From contig OZ024740.1 in assembly GCA_964016885.1 (NCBI GenBank), positions 244,900,001-244,964,000 on the forward strand: a stretch of DNA of 64,000 nt. The letters run 5' to 3'. A program made the position numbers and the translations under genes. Of this stretch, positions 40,172 to 50,734 are shown piece after piece. Numbering within the stretch: the stretch's first letter is position 1; the number at the start of each line of letters is the position of its first letter. The DNA comes from Eledone cirrhosa (lineage: Eukaryota). The notes under the pieces are model-generated. The model made no database searches. It was not told the DNA's origin and saw only the letters and a program-made list of their open reading frames with translations.

Positions 40172-40600
40172 AAAGTAAGTGAGACTGTCACTACTCTAAA
40201 ACAATAGCGTAAGGTCTTCGAAATGCTTTTAATTAAGCATACATTGTATTGCAAAATACACTATATATACATTCATATATTATCGCTATTTCAGAGCACC
40301 AATTCTAATTTTCAATTTCTACTTGACCGGCAACCGCTCTGTATAATCAGTTCCTGATTATTACTAGAATTCTATAAGAATCAAACATTCATGATTTTCA
40401 GCAAACAGGTGGAGTACTTAGCCTTGATAAGTACCAAAAATTACGAAACAGAGCTCCGTCAGCTTTATCCCCCCCTGTTTGCTGAAAATTCAAAGTAAGT
40501 GAGACTGTCACTACTCTAAAACAATAGCGTAAGGTCTTCGAAATGCTTTTAATTAAACATACAGTGTATTGCAAAATACACTATATATACATTCATATAT
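40172..40600 (+). mobile_element. Non-coding HHR element family D: 320-bp unit with about 109-bp terminal direct repeat
   Basis: 40172-40280 repeats at 40492-40600; HHR between the repeats; ends in TA-rich microsatellite. Confidence 0.8.
40395..40488 (+). ncRNA. Hammerhead motif with U3-A8 core enclosed by a 15-bp outer helix
   Basis: AGCC TTGATAA GTA-ccaaaaat-TAC GAAA CAGAGCTCCG TC AGCT; outer helix ttttcagcaaacagg/cctgtttgctgaaaa; one mismatch each in stems I and III. Confidence 0.7.
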
Positions 40601-40685
40601 ATATATATACACACATATATATGTATATGTATATATGAATATATGTATATATAAATATATATGTATATATATATATATATGTATA

Positions 40686-41137
40686 GGGCAAAGGAGCTCT
40701 TAAGAGTCAATGGCCATCCAAAATCACCGGGAGAGATGACCCCTTAGCCTTTGTCAAGGCAGAATTCTGGGAGAAGGAAAACTCTGATATAACACCTGCA
40801 ACCCTGATGGTATCCAATGATGTTGACTTGTTCTTCTTTTTGGTAAATATCATCTTGGTTAAGAGAGTGGGACTGTCTTTGTGCAGTGCCTTTGCTCACT
40901 ATAAAAGCTTCACGGCACAGGCATTGCTTTTTATCTGGAGATCTCTCTGCACTTGTCGTCAAGTAGTACCATGGGCCCAGCACTATGTGTCAATAATTGT
41001 CACAAGTGTAGTGTTTGTACCAGAGTTATCAAGTCGCTGGCTGGACTAAAAAGTCACACTTGTTCAGCGCATCGGTTGGAGTTCTCCTACATGGATATAA
41101 AGTAGTGGCCGTACTCGAAAACGAGTTGGCAGCCACC
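40686..41137 (+). mobile_element. Non-coding RTE-derived bipartite SINE-like element
   Basis: RTE 5'UTR-like ttagcctttgtcaaggcag...ggagaaggaaaactctga and RTE-like 3' end ctcgaaaacgagttggcagcc; copies at 43446-43896 (minus) and 51790-52306 (plus). Confidence 0.7.
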
Positions 41138-41179
41138 ACCATATATGTAAATATGTATATATGTATATATATATATATC

Positions 41180-41750
41180 AAATAGTCCTTCGTCACTGAC
41201 GAAGGACTATTTTTATCATATGTAACACATGTGCAAACCACGCAGTATTCTTCTTTCTTCTCATGTTTTTTATATATATTTACCTCGGCTGCGTTTGTCT
41301 GTTTCTCTCTTACTGCTTCCCCGCTCTCTCTGTTTCTCTCACCTTCTTTCGCCCCCTCTGTACGTTACACTTTCTCTCGACTGACCTCATCCTCACACTT
41401 CCACTCACTCACTCTCTGTTTCTCCCCTTCTCATTTCCTCCCGTTTGGCTTGTGTGGGTCTCTTCTTGCTCACATCTCACACACATCAACACGGTCTGTA
41501 CCTCTCTCGCTCATGAAATCCACCAAGCTTATGCCGACCGGACAACCATGTTGCTTGTTTATTTTCCTATCTTCGGTTTGCTTTTATCCTTCTATGTTGT
41601 TTACTTGTCCCCCTCGCCTTACGCGAATTCTGGTCCCAATAACTTTTTTTAGTTATTGCTCGCACCAACCTGAGGTATCTGATTTTTAATGCGATGAAAT
41701 ACCAATGATGGTTGGAAAATCACTGACGGCGGACTATTTTTATCATATAT
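41180..41750 (+). mobile_element. Family C element, 527-bp unit plus short terminal repeat, with a 33-bp palindrome at its start
   Basis: aaatagtccttcgtca-c-tgacgaaggactattt; ctgacg..ggactatttttatcatat repeated at 41196 and 41723. Confidence 0.8.
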
Positions 41751-41772
41751 ATATTTATATATATGTATATAT

Positions 41773-41884
41773 ATTTATTAAAATAACAGATCAAAGTTTA
41801 AGCAAAGATTCGGTGCTTTCACGCTTAACGGGATCTTCTGAAACTAACAAAGTAAACCTGTAAACGCAGAAGTGGATATTTCAA
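41773..41884 (-). mobile_element. Solo fragment of the PLE pseudo-LTR, including the CAGAAGA hammerhead motif (41795-41845)
   Basis: Slightly diverged match to 46473-46584 and 49731-49842; same boundary at tttattaaaata; embedded in (TA)n. Confidence 0.9.
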
Positions 41885-41957
41885 GTGGATATATATATAT
41901 ATACACACACATATATGTATATATATATGTATATATATGTATATATTATATATATAT

Positions 41958-42079
<122 letters not shown>

Positions 42080-42232
42080 GTATATATATATGTATAGATA
42101 TATATGTATATAGTAATGTATATATATATATATATGTATATGTATATATACGTATATATATACATATATGTATATATACATCTATATATATATGTATATA
42201 TATATGTATATGTATATATATATAATATATAC

Positions 42233-42263
<31 letters not shown>

Positions 42264-42293
42264 CATATATACATATATGTTTGTGGTGTGTGC

Positions 42294-42328
<35 letters not shown>

Positions 42329-42395
42329 CAAAGTTTAGCAAATAAGAAAAAGTTTCAAACAAAATTTTAAAATTTAACTTTACTTACTATGGTTA

Positions 42396-42479
42396 CCTTT
42401 ACCGAATCGGTTTCGAGTCTCAAAAATAAACAGACAGTCCATACGGCATCCGTTGCAAAGATAAACTCTCGTCAGAAGG
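42396..42479 (-). ncRNA. Type I hammerhead ribozyme with extended stem II
   Basis: Minus strand: CCTT CTGACGA GAGT...ACTC GAAA CCGATTCGG TA AAGG. Confidence 0.9.
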
Positions 42480-42880
42480 ATCTTTTCACTCGGAGAATAT
42501 AAAATTCCCGAGTTCAAATTACGAACTGGCGCTATTCAAAATTGTTCCCGAGATGAGAATAAATGAAGTGGAAGCAATTCTTTCAAGTGCCGTGTGTAAA
42601 GATAGATGCAGAGGCAGGGAGGTTAGTCTGCTCCCGCTATAACTAGCAGCTGTCAGAACGACCAAATTTTTTCTCAACCAAGAGGAGCATAATAATAATA
42701 AAGTATATGTTCCTACACGCACAAGGCGCTTAGGGACACATGTATTGTCCAACCATATGCCAATGTGGTTCAATGGCAGGTTAATAGATTAACGAGCCAG
42801 AACATATATAATCAAGGTTTAGCAAATAAGAAAAAGTTTCAAAATAAATTAAAAAAAATTAACTTTACTTACTATGGTTA

Positions 42881-42964
42881 CCTTTACCGAATCGGTTTCG
42901 AGTCTCAAAAATAAACGGACAGTCCATACGGCATCCGTTGTAAAGATAAACTCTCGTCAGATGG
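42881..42964 (-). ncRNA. Type I hammerhead ribozyme (one stem I mismatch)
   Basis: Minus strand: CCAT CTGACGA GAGT...ACTC GAAA CCGATTCGG TA AAGG. Confidence 0.8.
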
Positions 42965-43445
42965 ATCTTTTCACTCGGAGAATATAAAATTCCCGAGTTC
43001 AAATTACGAACTGGCGCTATTCAAAATTGTTCCCGCGATGAGAATAATATATATATATATATATATAGTTGCCGACTGCTCCATATGCAAATTAGACTTA
43101 TCAGTCCATGTACATAGGTATCAAAACTATATTTTAGCCTACATTGGATTCCAGCGGTGAGCAAGGAGAAAAAGCGATTTCTTGATAACGAGCATTGTGA
43201 GAAACAGTCGACTGTCAGCAGATTACCCGCTCCTGCTTTAGCTCGAATCAACCTGATGGCGCTAGCTATCACTTTCCTAAATTCATAGCTAAGGCTTTCA
43301 AATGTCTATTCATAAACAAATGTGTATTCACAAACATACTGTATATCGCTAGATATACAAATACATACATACATACATACATACATACATACATACATAC
43401 ATACATACATACATACATACATACATACATACATACATACATACA

Positions 43446-43896
43446 TGGTGGCTGCCAACTCGTTTTCGAGTATGGCCACTACTTTATATCCATGTAGGAG
43501 AACCCCTACCGGTGCGCTGAACGAGTGTGACTTTTTAGTCCAGCCAGCGACTTGAAAACTCAGGTACAGACACTACACTTGTGACAATTAGTGACACATA
43601 GTGCTGGGCCCATGGTACCATGTGACGACAAGTGCAGAGAGATCTCCAGATATAAAGCAATGCCTGTGCCGTGAAGCTTTTATAGTGAGCAAAGGCACTG
43701 CATAAAGCCAGTCCCACTCTCCTAACCAAGATGATATTTACCAAAAAGAAGAACAAGTCAACATCATTGGATACCATCAGGGTTGCAGGTGTTATATCAG
43801 AGTTTTCCTTCTCCCAGAATTCTGCCTTGACAAAGGCTAAGGGGTCATCTCTCCCGGTGATTTTGGATGGCCATTGACTCTTAAGAGCTCCTTTGC
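43446..43896 (-). mobile_element. RTE-derived bipartite SINE-like element between (TACA)n tracts
   Basis: Reverse-complement match to 40686-41137. Confidence 0.75.
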
Positions 43897-43976
43897 ATAC
43901 ATACATACATACATACATACATACATACATACATACATACATACATACATACATACATACATACATACATACATAC

Positions 43977-46440
43977 AAAAAACTGATATTCTATCGGAGG
44001 TATCTTACTGACCTCTACCAACAAGTTCTTAAGGGAGATACACTTATACCAGAGTGGTTGACATTAGCACAAACATTAATGGTCCCCAAGAACAAAGACA
44101 CCCACTTAGCACAAATCTACCGACCCATTGCATGCCAGAACCTGATGTATAAAATGTATACAGCCTCCCTGAACCTATTCCTCCAAGATCACTGTGAAAA
44201 TAATAACATCATCACAGATGAAACAAGCAGCTGGAAAAAAGGGGTTTGGGGATGTGCTGAACAACTCCTAATCAACAAAACTGCGATGTCGGAGGTGCGA
44301 CAACTTAGGAGGAATATGACTACAGTCTGGCTGGACTACAGGAAAGCTTTCGATTCTGTTCCCCACTCTTGGATGATAGAGGCCCTCCAACTTTCTAAAG
44401 TCCCAGACATTATTGTCAGAGCCATAGAGAGGCTGTCTTCTTCTTGGGCTACTATCCTAAGGTTAAAGACAGAGAGGGAGGACTCTATTTTCACTGATAA
44501 AATAAAATATTGCAGGGGTATATTTCAGGGGGACAGTCTCTCTGTGATATTATTCATCTTGTCATTAAACATCTTGTCCTTTCTGCTCAAGAAATGTGAG
44601 GGATACATCATTGGCTCACAGGAGGACAGAAATACGAACCTAACCTTTCTTTGTGGACTATCTGAAACTATATGCCAAGAACATGGATGGGATGAAGAAA
44701 AATCTTGACCTGGTTACAACGTTTTCAAAGGATATAGGAATGGAGTTTGGCCAAGATAAATGCTCTTACATGACTGTAAAGCGGGTAAAAACAACAACCC
44801 TATCTAGCAACATTGTCATCAATGGCCTAACTGTTTCACCGATATCTGATGAGGACTGCTACAGATACCTGGGGATAGATGAGAACATATCCTATAATGG
44901 TATCTGTAATAAATAACGCGTAACTAGGGAATACTACACCCGATTAAGAAAGATCTGGTCATCGGAACTCTCTGCGCAAAACAAAACAGTGGCTCACAAT
45001 GTGTTTGCTGTGCCTGTCCTAACGTTTGGAATACTCAATTGGACGATAGACGAAATCCGAACAGTTGATGTTGGAACTCGAAAAATACTGAACAACACCG
45101 GAAACTTCCACATCAACAGTGACATAGACCGCCTTTACTTGAAACGTAAGCAGGGAGGGGCAGAGGCCTAACATCAGTCCAGACAGCATTTGAATGTCGC
45201 ATCATATCTCTCCGACAACATCTACGAACCTCGAAGCGTAGGAGCCCGGTTCTCGAGCAAGACTATCTGCATGAAACAAATAAGATCATGAGAGTTGGGA
45301 AGGAACTCCTCGAGAAGTATTCCTTCTGTGATAATCAAAAATTCACACCCAGGGATGTCGCTCAGCAGTATCGCAGTGAATCCATGGATGAAAAACTGCT
45401 TGCCTATCAGCAAAAAATCATGCATGGATTTGTTGCCAGGAAGCTCCAGAGTGAGAGTAATATAGATAAGAAAAGTAGTCTATCTTGGACCAACAACCGC
45501 TATATTGGCTCCCACTTTGAAGGATACGCTTTTGCAATCCAGGAACAGGAGATTAACACGAAATACCTGATTCACAAAAGAGATAGGGATTCAGGCAAAA
45601 CACCTAGATTGTGATAACAAGTGCAGACTCTGCAGAACTAACATCGAGGATATCACCCATGTCATCAGCAGCTGTCCAAAGATGTCATCGCGGTACTATC
45701 TACCTATGATGCATGATGTAGTGGCCAAAACACTGTACAATGCAGTTCGTAAAAAAGATAGCCCCGATAATAAACACATTAAAAGCCACAGCAATGTGGA
45801 AGACATCCATGTACATAATATGAAAGAGTACTTGTGGAATATTCCAGTAAAAACCGCAATAAAATGCAGGCATAACAGACCAGATATTATGATATGGGAC
45901 AGGGAAAAGAAAGCATTCACTGTAGTGGAAATTAGCTGCCCAGCAGATGCCAATATAATCAAAGATTAGTGAAAAGGAGAATATTTATGCAGAACTGATG
46001 AGAAATCTGCAGATACTCCACGCTGATTACACCTTCAGATTTATGCCTGTGATTATTGGGGCACTGGGATATGTTAGTAACTGCCTCAGTACAAATCTTG
46101 AGAAGCTAGGCTTCACAGGAACAGAAAGAACACAACTAGTTAGGAAATTACAAGTACAATCCATTAATGGAACAGTAAAAATATGTAAAACATTCCAAAA
46201 ATTTTGCATCTAATAACTGCATATACACATGTACAGATGCAAAGCATATACACATGCACACATACAACTCAAAACATACACATCCACACATACAATAACA
46301 TCCATATCTACACATGCATACATACATAATCTACCTAGTTGATGTTGTGCAAATTCCAATGAGAGAGTTTTATGTCTACGTTAGAAACCGACTATCTCTC
46401 TATTGGTAAAACTTTATGAAATTATAAAACCAGAAGAACA
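43977..46440 (+). mobile_element. 5'-truncated, frameshifted R4/Dong-clade LINE (RT, CCHC knuckle, restriction-like endonuclease)
   Basis: YRPIACQNLMYK; WLDYRKAFDSVPHSW; GIFQGDSLS; YRYLGI; CRLC..EDITHVISSC; HNRPDIMIWD..VEISCP; PVIIGALG; (TACA)n on both flanks. Confidence 0.9.
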
Positions 46441-46493
46441 TACATACATACATATATATACATACATATATATTTATTAAAATAATAGATTAA

Positions 46494-46544
46494 AGTTTAA
46501 GCAAAGAATCGCTGCTTTCACCCTTAACGGGATCTTCTGAAACT
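46494..46544 (-). ncRNA. Hammerhead motif with U4A core variant in the 3' pseudo-LTR
   Basis: Minus strand: AGTTT CAGAAGA T-CCC-gttaa-GGG-T GAAA GCA-gcgattctt-TGC TT AAACT. Confidence 0.75.
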
Positions 46545-47384
46545 AACAAAGTCAATCTGTAAACGCAGTACTGGATATTTCAAAAAACGTTGCAACCGGA
46601 GGAAGACAGGAAGACGATACTTTGGTTCATGGTGACGTTCGCTGGCAAAGAACGGGAAAAAACGAATAATACGTCATTAATAGGAGCGGTGAAAAACAAT
46701 TACGCGCAAAGACAGAACCACGTTTATGGTATAAAAGAGGTCGTAGACTAATGTTCTCTAAGTGGTGCATAGAGACGTTCTCTGGCAATGAACGAAAAAA
46801 CGAAGATAATAAGTCATATGTGGAGCGTGGAGAACAATAGCACGCAAAGACAAAACCACGTAAATGGTATAGCAGAAGTTGTAGACTAAAATTCTAACTA
46901 GGAGACCGAATGAATCTCCGCTACAGAGTTAAGAACAAAGTAAATAAATACAATACTGAAGTAATAGAAACAAATAAATACATACGCGCAAACAGATACG
47001 TACATACAGAAGCATACGCAAAACCTTACCATAGGTATACAAAACCACGCACATATAAATATGTGTGTGTGTATGCTTGTGTACAAACAAATAAATAATT
47101 ATATAAACGTATATAAGTAAATAAATACGTATATAACAAGCGAACACATATACCTACAAATAAATACACGAAGGTTCGGAGACGTAAGTCAACTAAAACA
47201 AGAAGTGCACATATACACACACCCACCATACGTACGAACCTGCATACTCACGCAGACGCAAAACTCCCATATACACATAACCAAACCCTAAATACCAGAA
47301 TATGCAAAAATTATACGCCGTAACAGTCAAATATACGTACGAGAAGGTATACATACCTTCACAAAACATACGGGTAATATATAC

Positions 47385-49598
47385 TTACCTATGCAAATAA
47401 GTAAAGGAATAAACAAAACATATACTTAGCTCCCACATCAAGACGTAAAATATCCACGTATAGATCGTGCTATCCGTTAGGGTATAACGTGGGCTGTAAT
47501 ACAGGAAAGTTTTGTGCAATTTATGTTTACAAGCCGAAATTGCCTCAGATTTTTTGTTTAAGATGTGGTCTGTGGCGTAGAGTATTTCCAGGGCCTCGGC
47601 GGCGCAGAGGTCACATGGTCTTTTATTTCCGTTATACGATCTAGCCCTAGCTAGGATCTCCCAGTGTAACTTATATTGGGTGTGGTTGTCTTTTAGACTC
47701 CAGATATAAGCTGAAAGTGACGTCATATTCCTTCTTAGAGGGTAACGAAAAGAATGGGTATGCATGTAAAGACGCTGCTTGAAACTATTGGCGGTTAACC
47801 CTATGTAGGCCCTACGGGACGTGGGTGTTACAACCTTACATTTGTAGACAATGTTACTAGAGAGGCATTTTCCGGATAGGGGACAATCAGCCCGATTCCT
47901 ACAATTACAGTTAGTACTAACTACAGGGTTGCACGTGTTCCTACGGCTAGGTAGTTTAGCTAAATTTGAAGCTGTGATGTTATGTGCAAGGTTAGGAGCC
48001 GTAGAGTAAGAAATTTTAATAGTGTTTCTATTAAAAATGTTACTATATTTATGTGTAGGGGGAAAATGCTTCGTAATAAGGGAAAGAAAGATCTTAGCTA
48101 ATGGTGTGGCCACCTCCATGTTATATGGTGGGTTAAACCAACAAATGCGACGGGATCTATTTCTTCTAGGTCTATTCTCGTACTCTGTATATGCTACCCT
48201 ATCGACAAATCCACTTCGAGCAAGAACTTCATTGTAATAAGTGGAATGGTCGTTGAAAATGCGCTCGTTGGTGGAAAGACAGGAAAGACTCAACGAAACG
48301 TTTTTTACCAGGTTCTTGGTTATGCTGGCAGAATGGTTGGAATGCTTACTTATGTAATTAAGCGTATCATTCGGCTTTCTATACTGGTAATACAACCCAT
48401 TCAATAAATTGAGGGTAACGTCGAGGTAATTAACGACCGAGAGATTGGCCTCAACCTGTATAGAGAGGTTGAAGCCTTTAAAGAAGGCTGTGAGTTCTTT
48501 TCTGAATCTGTCGCAAGCACGAGGTCCGCACTTAGTCATGGTCAAAAGACCATCGTCACGGTACAAACCACCGCCCGCGTTGGGGAATTTGTCCTTGATA
48601 GAGAAAAGAAGGAAAAGGCCAATAAGATCAGTAACCTCCGCAGAATCACTGGCGCCCATACTCACGTCGAATGGGGTACTATTGGATTTTTTAATCCAAA
48701 TAGAGTCGTCGAAATTAATCACCGACTTTCGGGCATTAAGGATGACATCAACTTCGAAATCCTTAACCACTGTGAGTGTTTTAGCGAAATTGATAGCTCT
48801 AAGGAGAAGTGGTAAAGTGATGGAGGAGTAGTAATTGTTGATGTCGAATTGGATAAAACGGCAATGTTCCTTGTTACATATGCCGTTGAACCAATCAATC
48901 ACCGCGAAAGAATTGTTCCACAGTGCGAGAGGGGCCAAACTTCTAATTTCAGGTATAATTCTATCAAGAATCGTTTTACTAAGTCTACCTAAATCGGACT
49001 TCGTAGGGTTAATAAGCCGAATAGAGGGGTTGTTCGGAAAATTGGATTTGTGATCCTTCAGGGTAAAGTGGGGAGAGATAGGGTCCAGAGGTTCGGTCCG
49101 GTCCAGGATGTTGAGATCAGATGTGATTTTAAACCCAGCATCGTTGATTTCATTGATGACACACCGATCAGTTTTACGGTAATCCTTAGTTACAGCATTA
49201 TGTAGTAGTTGATGGTAAGTACTGCGCTCCACTTGATATAGGTTGCCTGTTTTGTCGGAATGGACGTGCACGGCGTTAGAATCCTTAATAGAACGAATTC
49301 TATTCTTCAGGTCTTGCTGGAAGGAATTACTCCTATTCCGAAATTTGATACTCCGAATGAGTTCCAAGACATCATTTTCGAAGGGTAGCAATGCTGGGTT
49401 CCACGGAGGGTTATTATAGGTTTTAAATCCAAATTTGTCCTGTTTGTTGTTTGCTTTTCGCGGATTATCGAAATAAAAGGCACGCCAACGCAACCTTTTA
49501 ATGAACGCGTCTGTTTTCTGTATCAGGAGTTTTAGGTATGTTTTCCTGCTTGGTACGGGTATGTTCTTTGTAGAAATATTCAGATGTTGTTTCTGCAT
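47385..49598 (-). CDS. PLE reverse transcriptase with C-terminal GIY-YIG endonuclease, 737 aa (motifs suggest the Hydra clade)
   Basis: SDKTGNLY; IRLINP; FDINNYYSSI; MGASDSAEVTDL; LYRDDGL; VNYLDVTL; WFNPPY; CNCRNRADCPLSGKC; IVYKC..AYIGLT..FKQR. Confidence 0.95.
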   Translation of the reverse strand: MQKQHLNISTKNIPVPSRKTYLKLLIQKTDAFIKRLRWRAFYFDNPRKANNKQDKFGFKTYNNPPWNPALLPFENDVLELIRSIKFRNRSNSFQQDLKNRIRSIKDSNAVHVHSDKTGNLYQVERSTYHQLLHNAVTKDYRKTDRCVINEINDAGFKITSDLNILDRTEPLDPISPHFTLKDHKSNFPNNPSIRLINPTKSDLGRLSKTILDRIIPEIRSLAPLALWNNSFAVIDWFNGICNKEHCRFIQFDINNYYSSITLPLLLRAINFAKTLTVVKDFEVDVILNARKSVINFDDSIWIKKSNSTPFDVSMGASDSAEVTDLIGLFLLFSIKDKFPNAGGGLYRDDGLLTMTKCGPRACDRFRKELTAFFKGFNLSIQVEANLSVVNYLDVTLNLLNGLYYQYRKPNDTLNYISKHSNHSASITKNLVKNVSLSLSCLSTNERIFNDHSTYYNEVLARSGFVDRVAYTEYENRPRRNRSRRICWFNPPYNMEVATPLAKIFLSLITKHFPPTHKYSNIFNRNTIKISYSTAPNLAHNITASNLAKLPSRRNTCNPVVSTNCNCRNRADCPLSGKCLSSNIVYKCKVVTPTSRRAYIGLTANSFKQRLYMHTHSFRYPLRRNMTSLSAYIWSLKDNHTQYKLHWEILARARSYNGNKRPCDLCAAEALEILYATDHILNKKSEAISACKHKLHKTFLYYSPRYTLTDSTIYTWIFYVLMWELSICFVYSFTYLHR

Positions 49599-49751
49599 GA
49601 TGAATATAAGTCAATAGAGTGCTCAACCGAAGGAGCCAAATAGTAATAATAATAAAATTGAAGACTAAAATCCAAAGAGGGCTCGATAAGGAAAATATAT
49701 ATCAAATATATAAGAACCGAAGAGCAAATGTTTATTAAAATAACAGATTAA

Positions 49752-49802
49752 AGTTTAAGCAAAGAATCGCTGCTTTCACCCTTAACGGGATCTTCTGAAA
49801 CT
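49752..49802 (-). ncRNA. Hammerhead motif with U4A core variant in the 5' pseudo-LTR
   Basis: Identical to 46494-46544. Confidence 0.75.
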
Positions 49803-49846
49803 AACAAAGTCAATCTGTAAACGCAGTACTGGATATTTCAAAAAAC

Positions 49847-49922
<76 letters not shown>

Positions 49923-50116
49923 CAAACATCACGGGCGCTCTATCTCAAAATTATTTTTGAACAGCATTAGAAATGCGCAACCGGTAATACTTAAAACCCA
50001 AACTGAATACTAACCAATACTATTACTAATTTTTACTTATTTCTAATTAAACTATTTTTCACTGGGAACAATTTGTCAGCATTTTCTTTTCCTTTTACCA
50101 ATATATATATATATAT

Positions 50117-50706
50117 AATCCATACGTACATATATATATGTGTGCATGTGTGTGTATATATATACATACTACTGTACGTCTGTATACATATATGTATGTA
50201 CGTGTACATACTTATATTTAAGTAACAGCCGTACTAAGAGTGAGAAATGAACTTTCGTTTCATTTTTTTCCACTTATCGTTTCCTGTGCACCCGGTTGAT
50301 TAACTCACTCGATATGCAAATTAAGCTGCTCAGCCGTTAATATGCATAAGGAAAGTATATACTTTCAGACGTTCAATCATCTGGCAGGAAGGTATACGTT
50401 GCTGACGATAGCTAATAAGCTTGAAACTAGTACAGCGTTCCTTTGTCAGTGTTGAAGAAACGAGCAACGATGGTTGCTAGACACTACGGCTTAATACGGG
50501 ATGTTTGTTTACAAACACACCGAGCATTATAATAAATGTTCAGTGAATCCATACGTACATATATATATGTGTGTGCATGTGTGTATATATATATACATAC
50601 TACTGTACGTCTGTATACATATATGTATGTACGTATACATACTTATATTTAAGTAACAGCCGTACTAAGAGTGAGAAATGAGATTTCGTTTCATTTTTTC
50701 CGTTTA
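50117..50706 (+). mobile_element. Second copy of HHR element family A (HHR at 50396-50438)
   Basis: Same partial-tandem layout and end point (ccgtttatata) as 1888-2458; HHR sequence identical. Confidence 0.88.
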
Positions 50707-50734
50707 TATATGTATATATATATAATAGAAATAG

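Larger units (their letters stand above)
42326..43045 (-). mobile_element. Family B element: about 1.5 tandem copies of a 485-bp unit with two hammerheads
   Basis: aatcaa(a/g)gtttagcaaataag at 42326 and 42810; HHRs at 42396-42479 and 42881-42964; (TA)n on both sides. Confidence 0.9.
46473..49848 (-). mobile_element. Apparently intact Penelope-like element with pseudo-LTRs
   Basis: 118-bp direct repeats 46473-46590 and 49731-49848 with one visible mismatch, each holding an HHR motif; uninterrupted ORF; (TA)n flanks. Confidence 0.93.
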
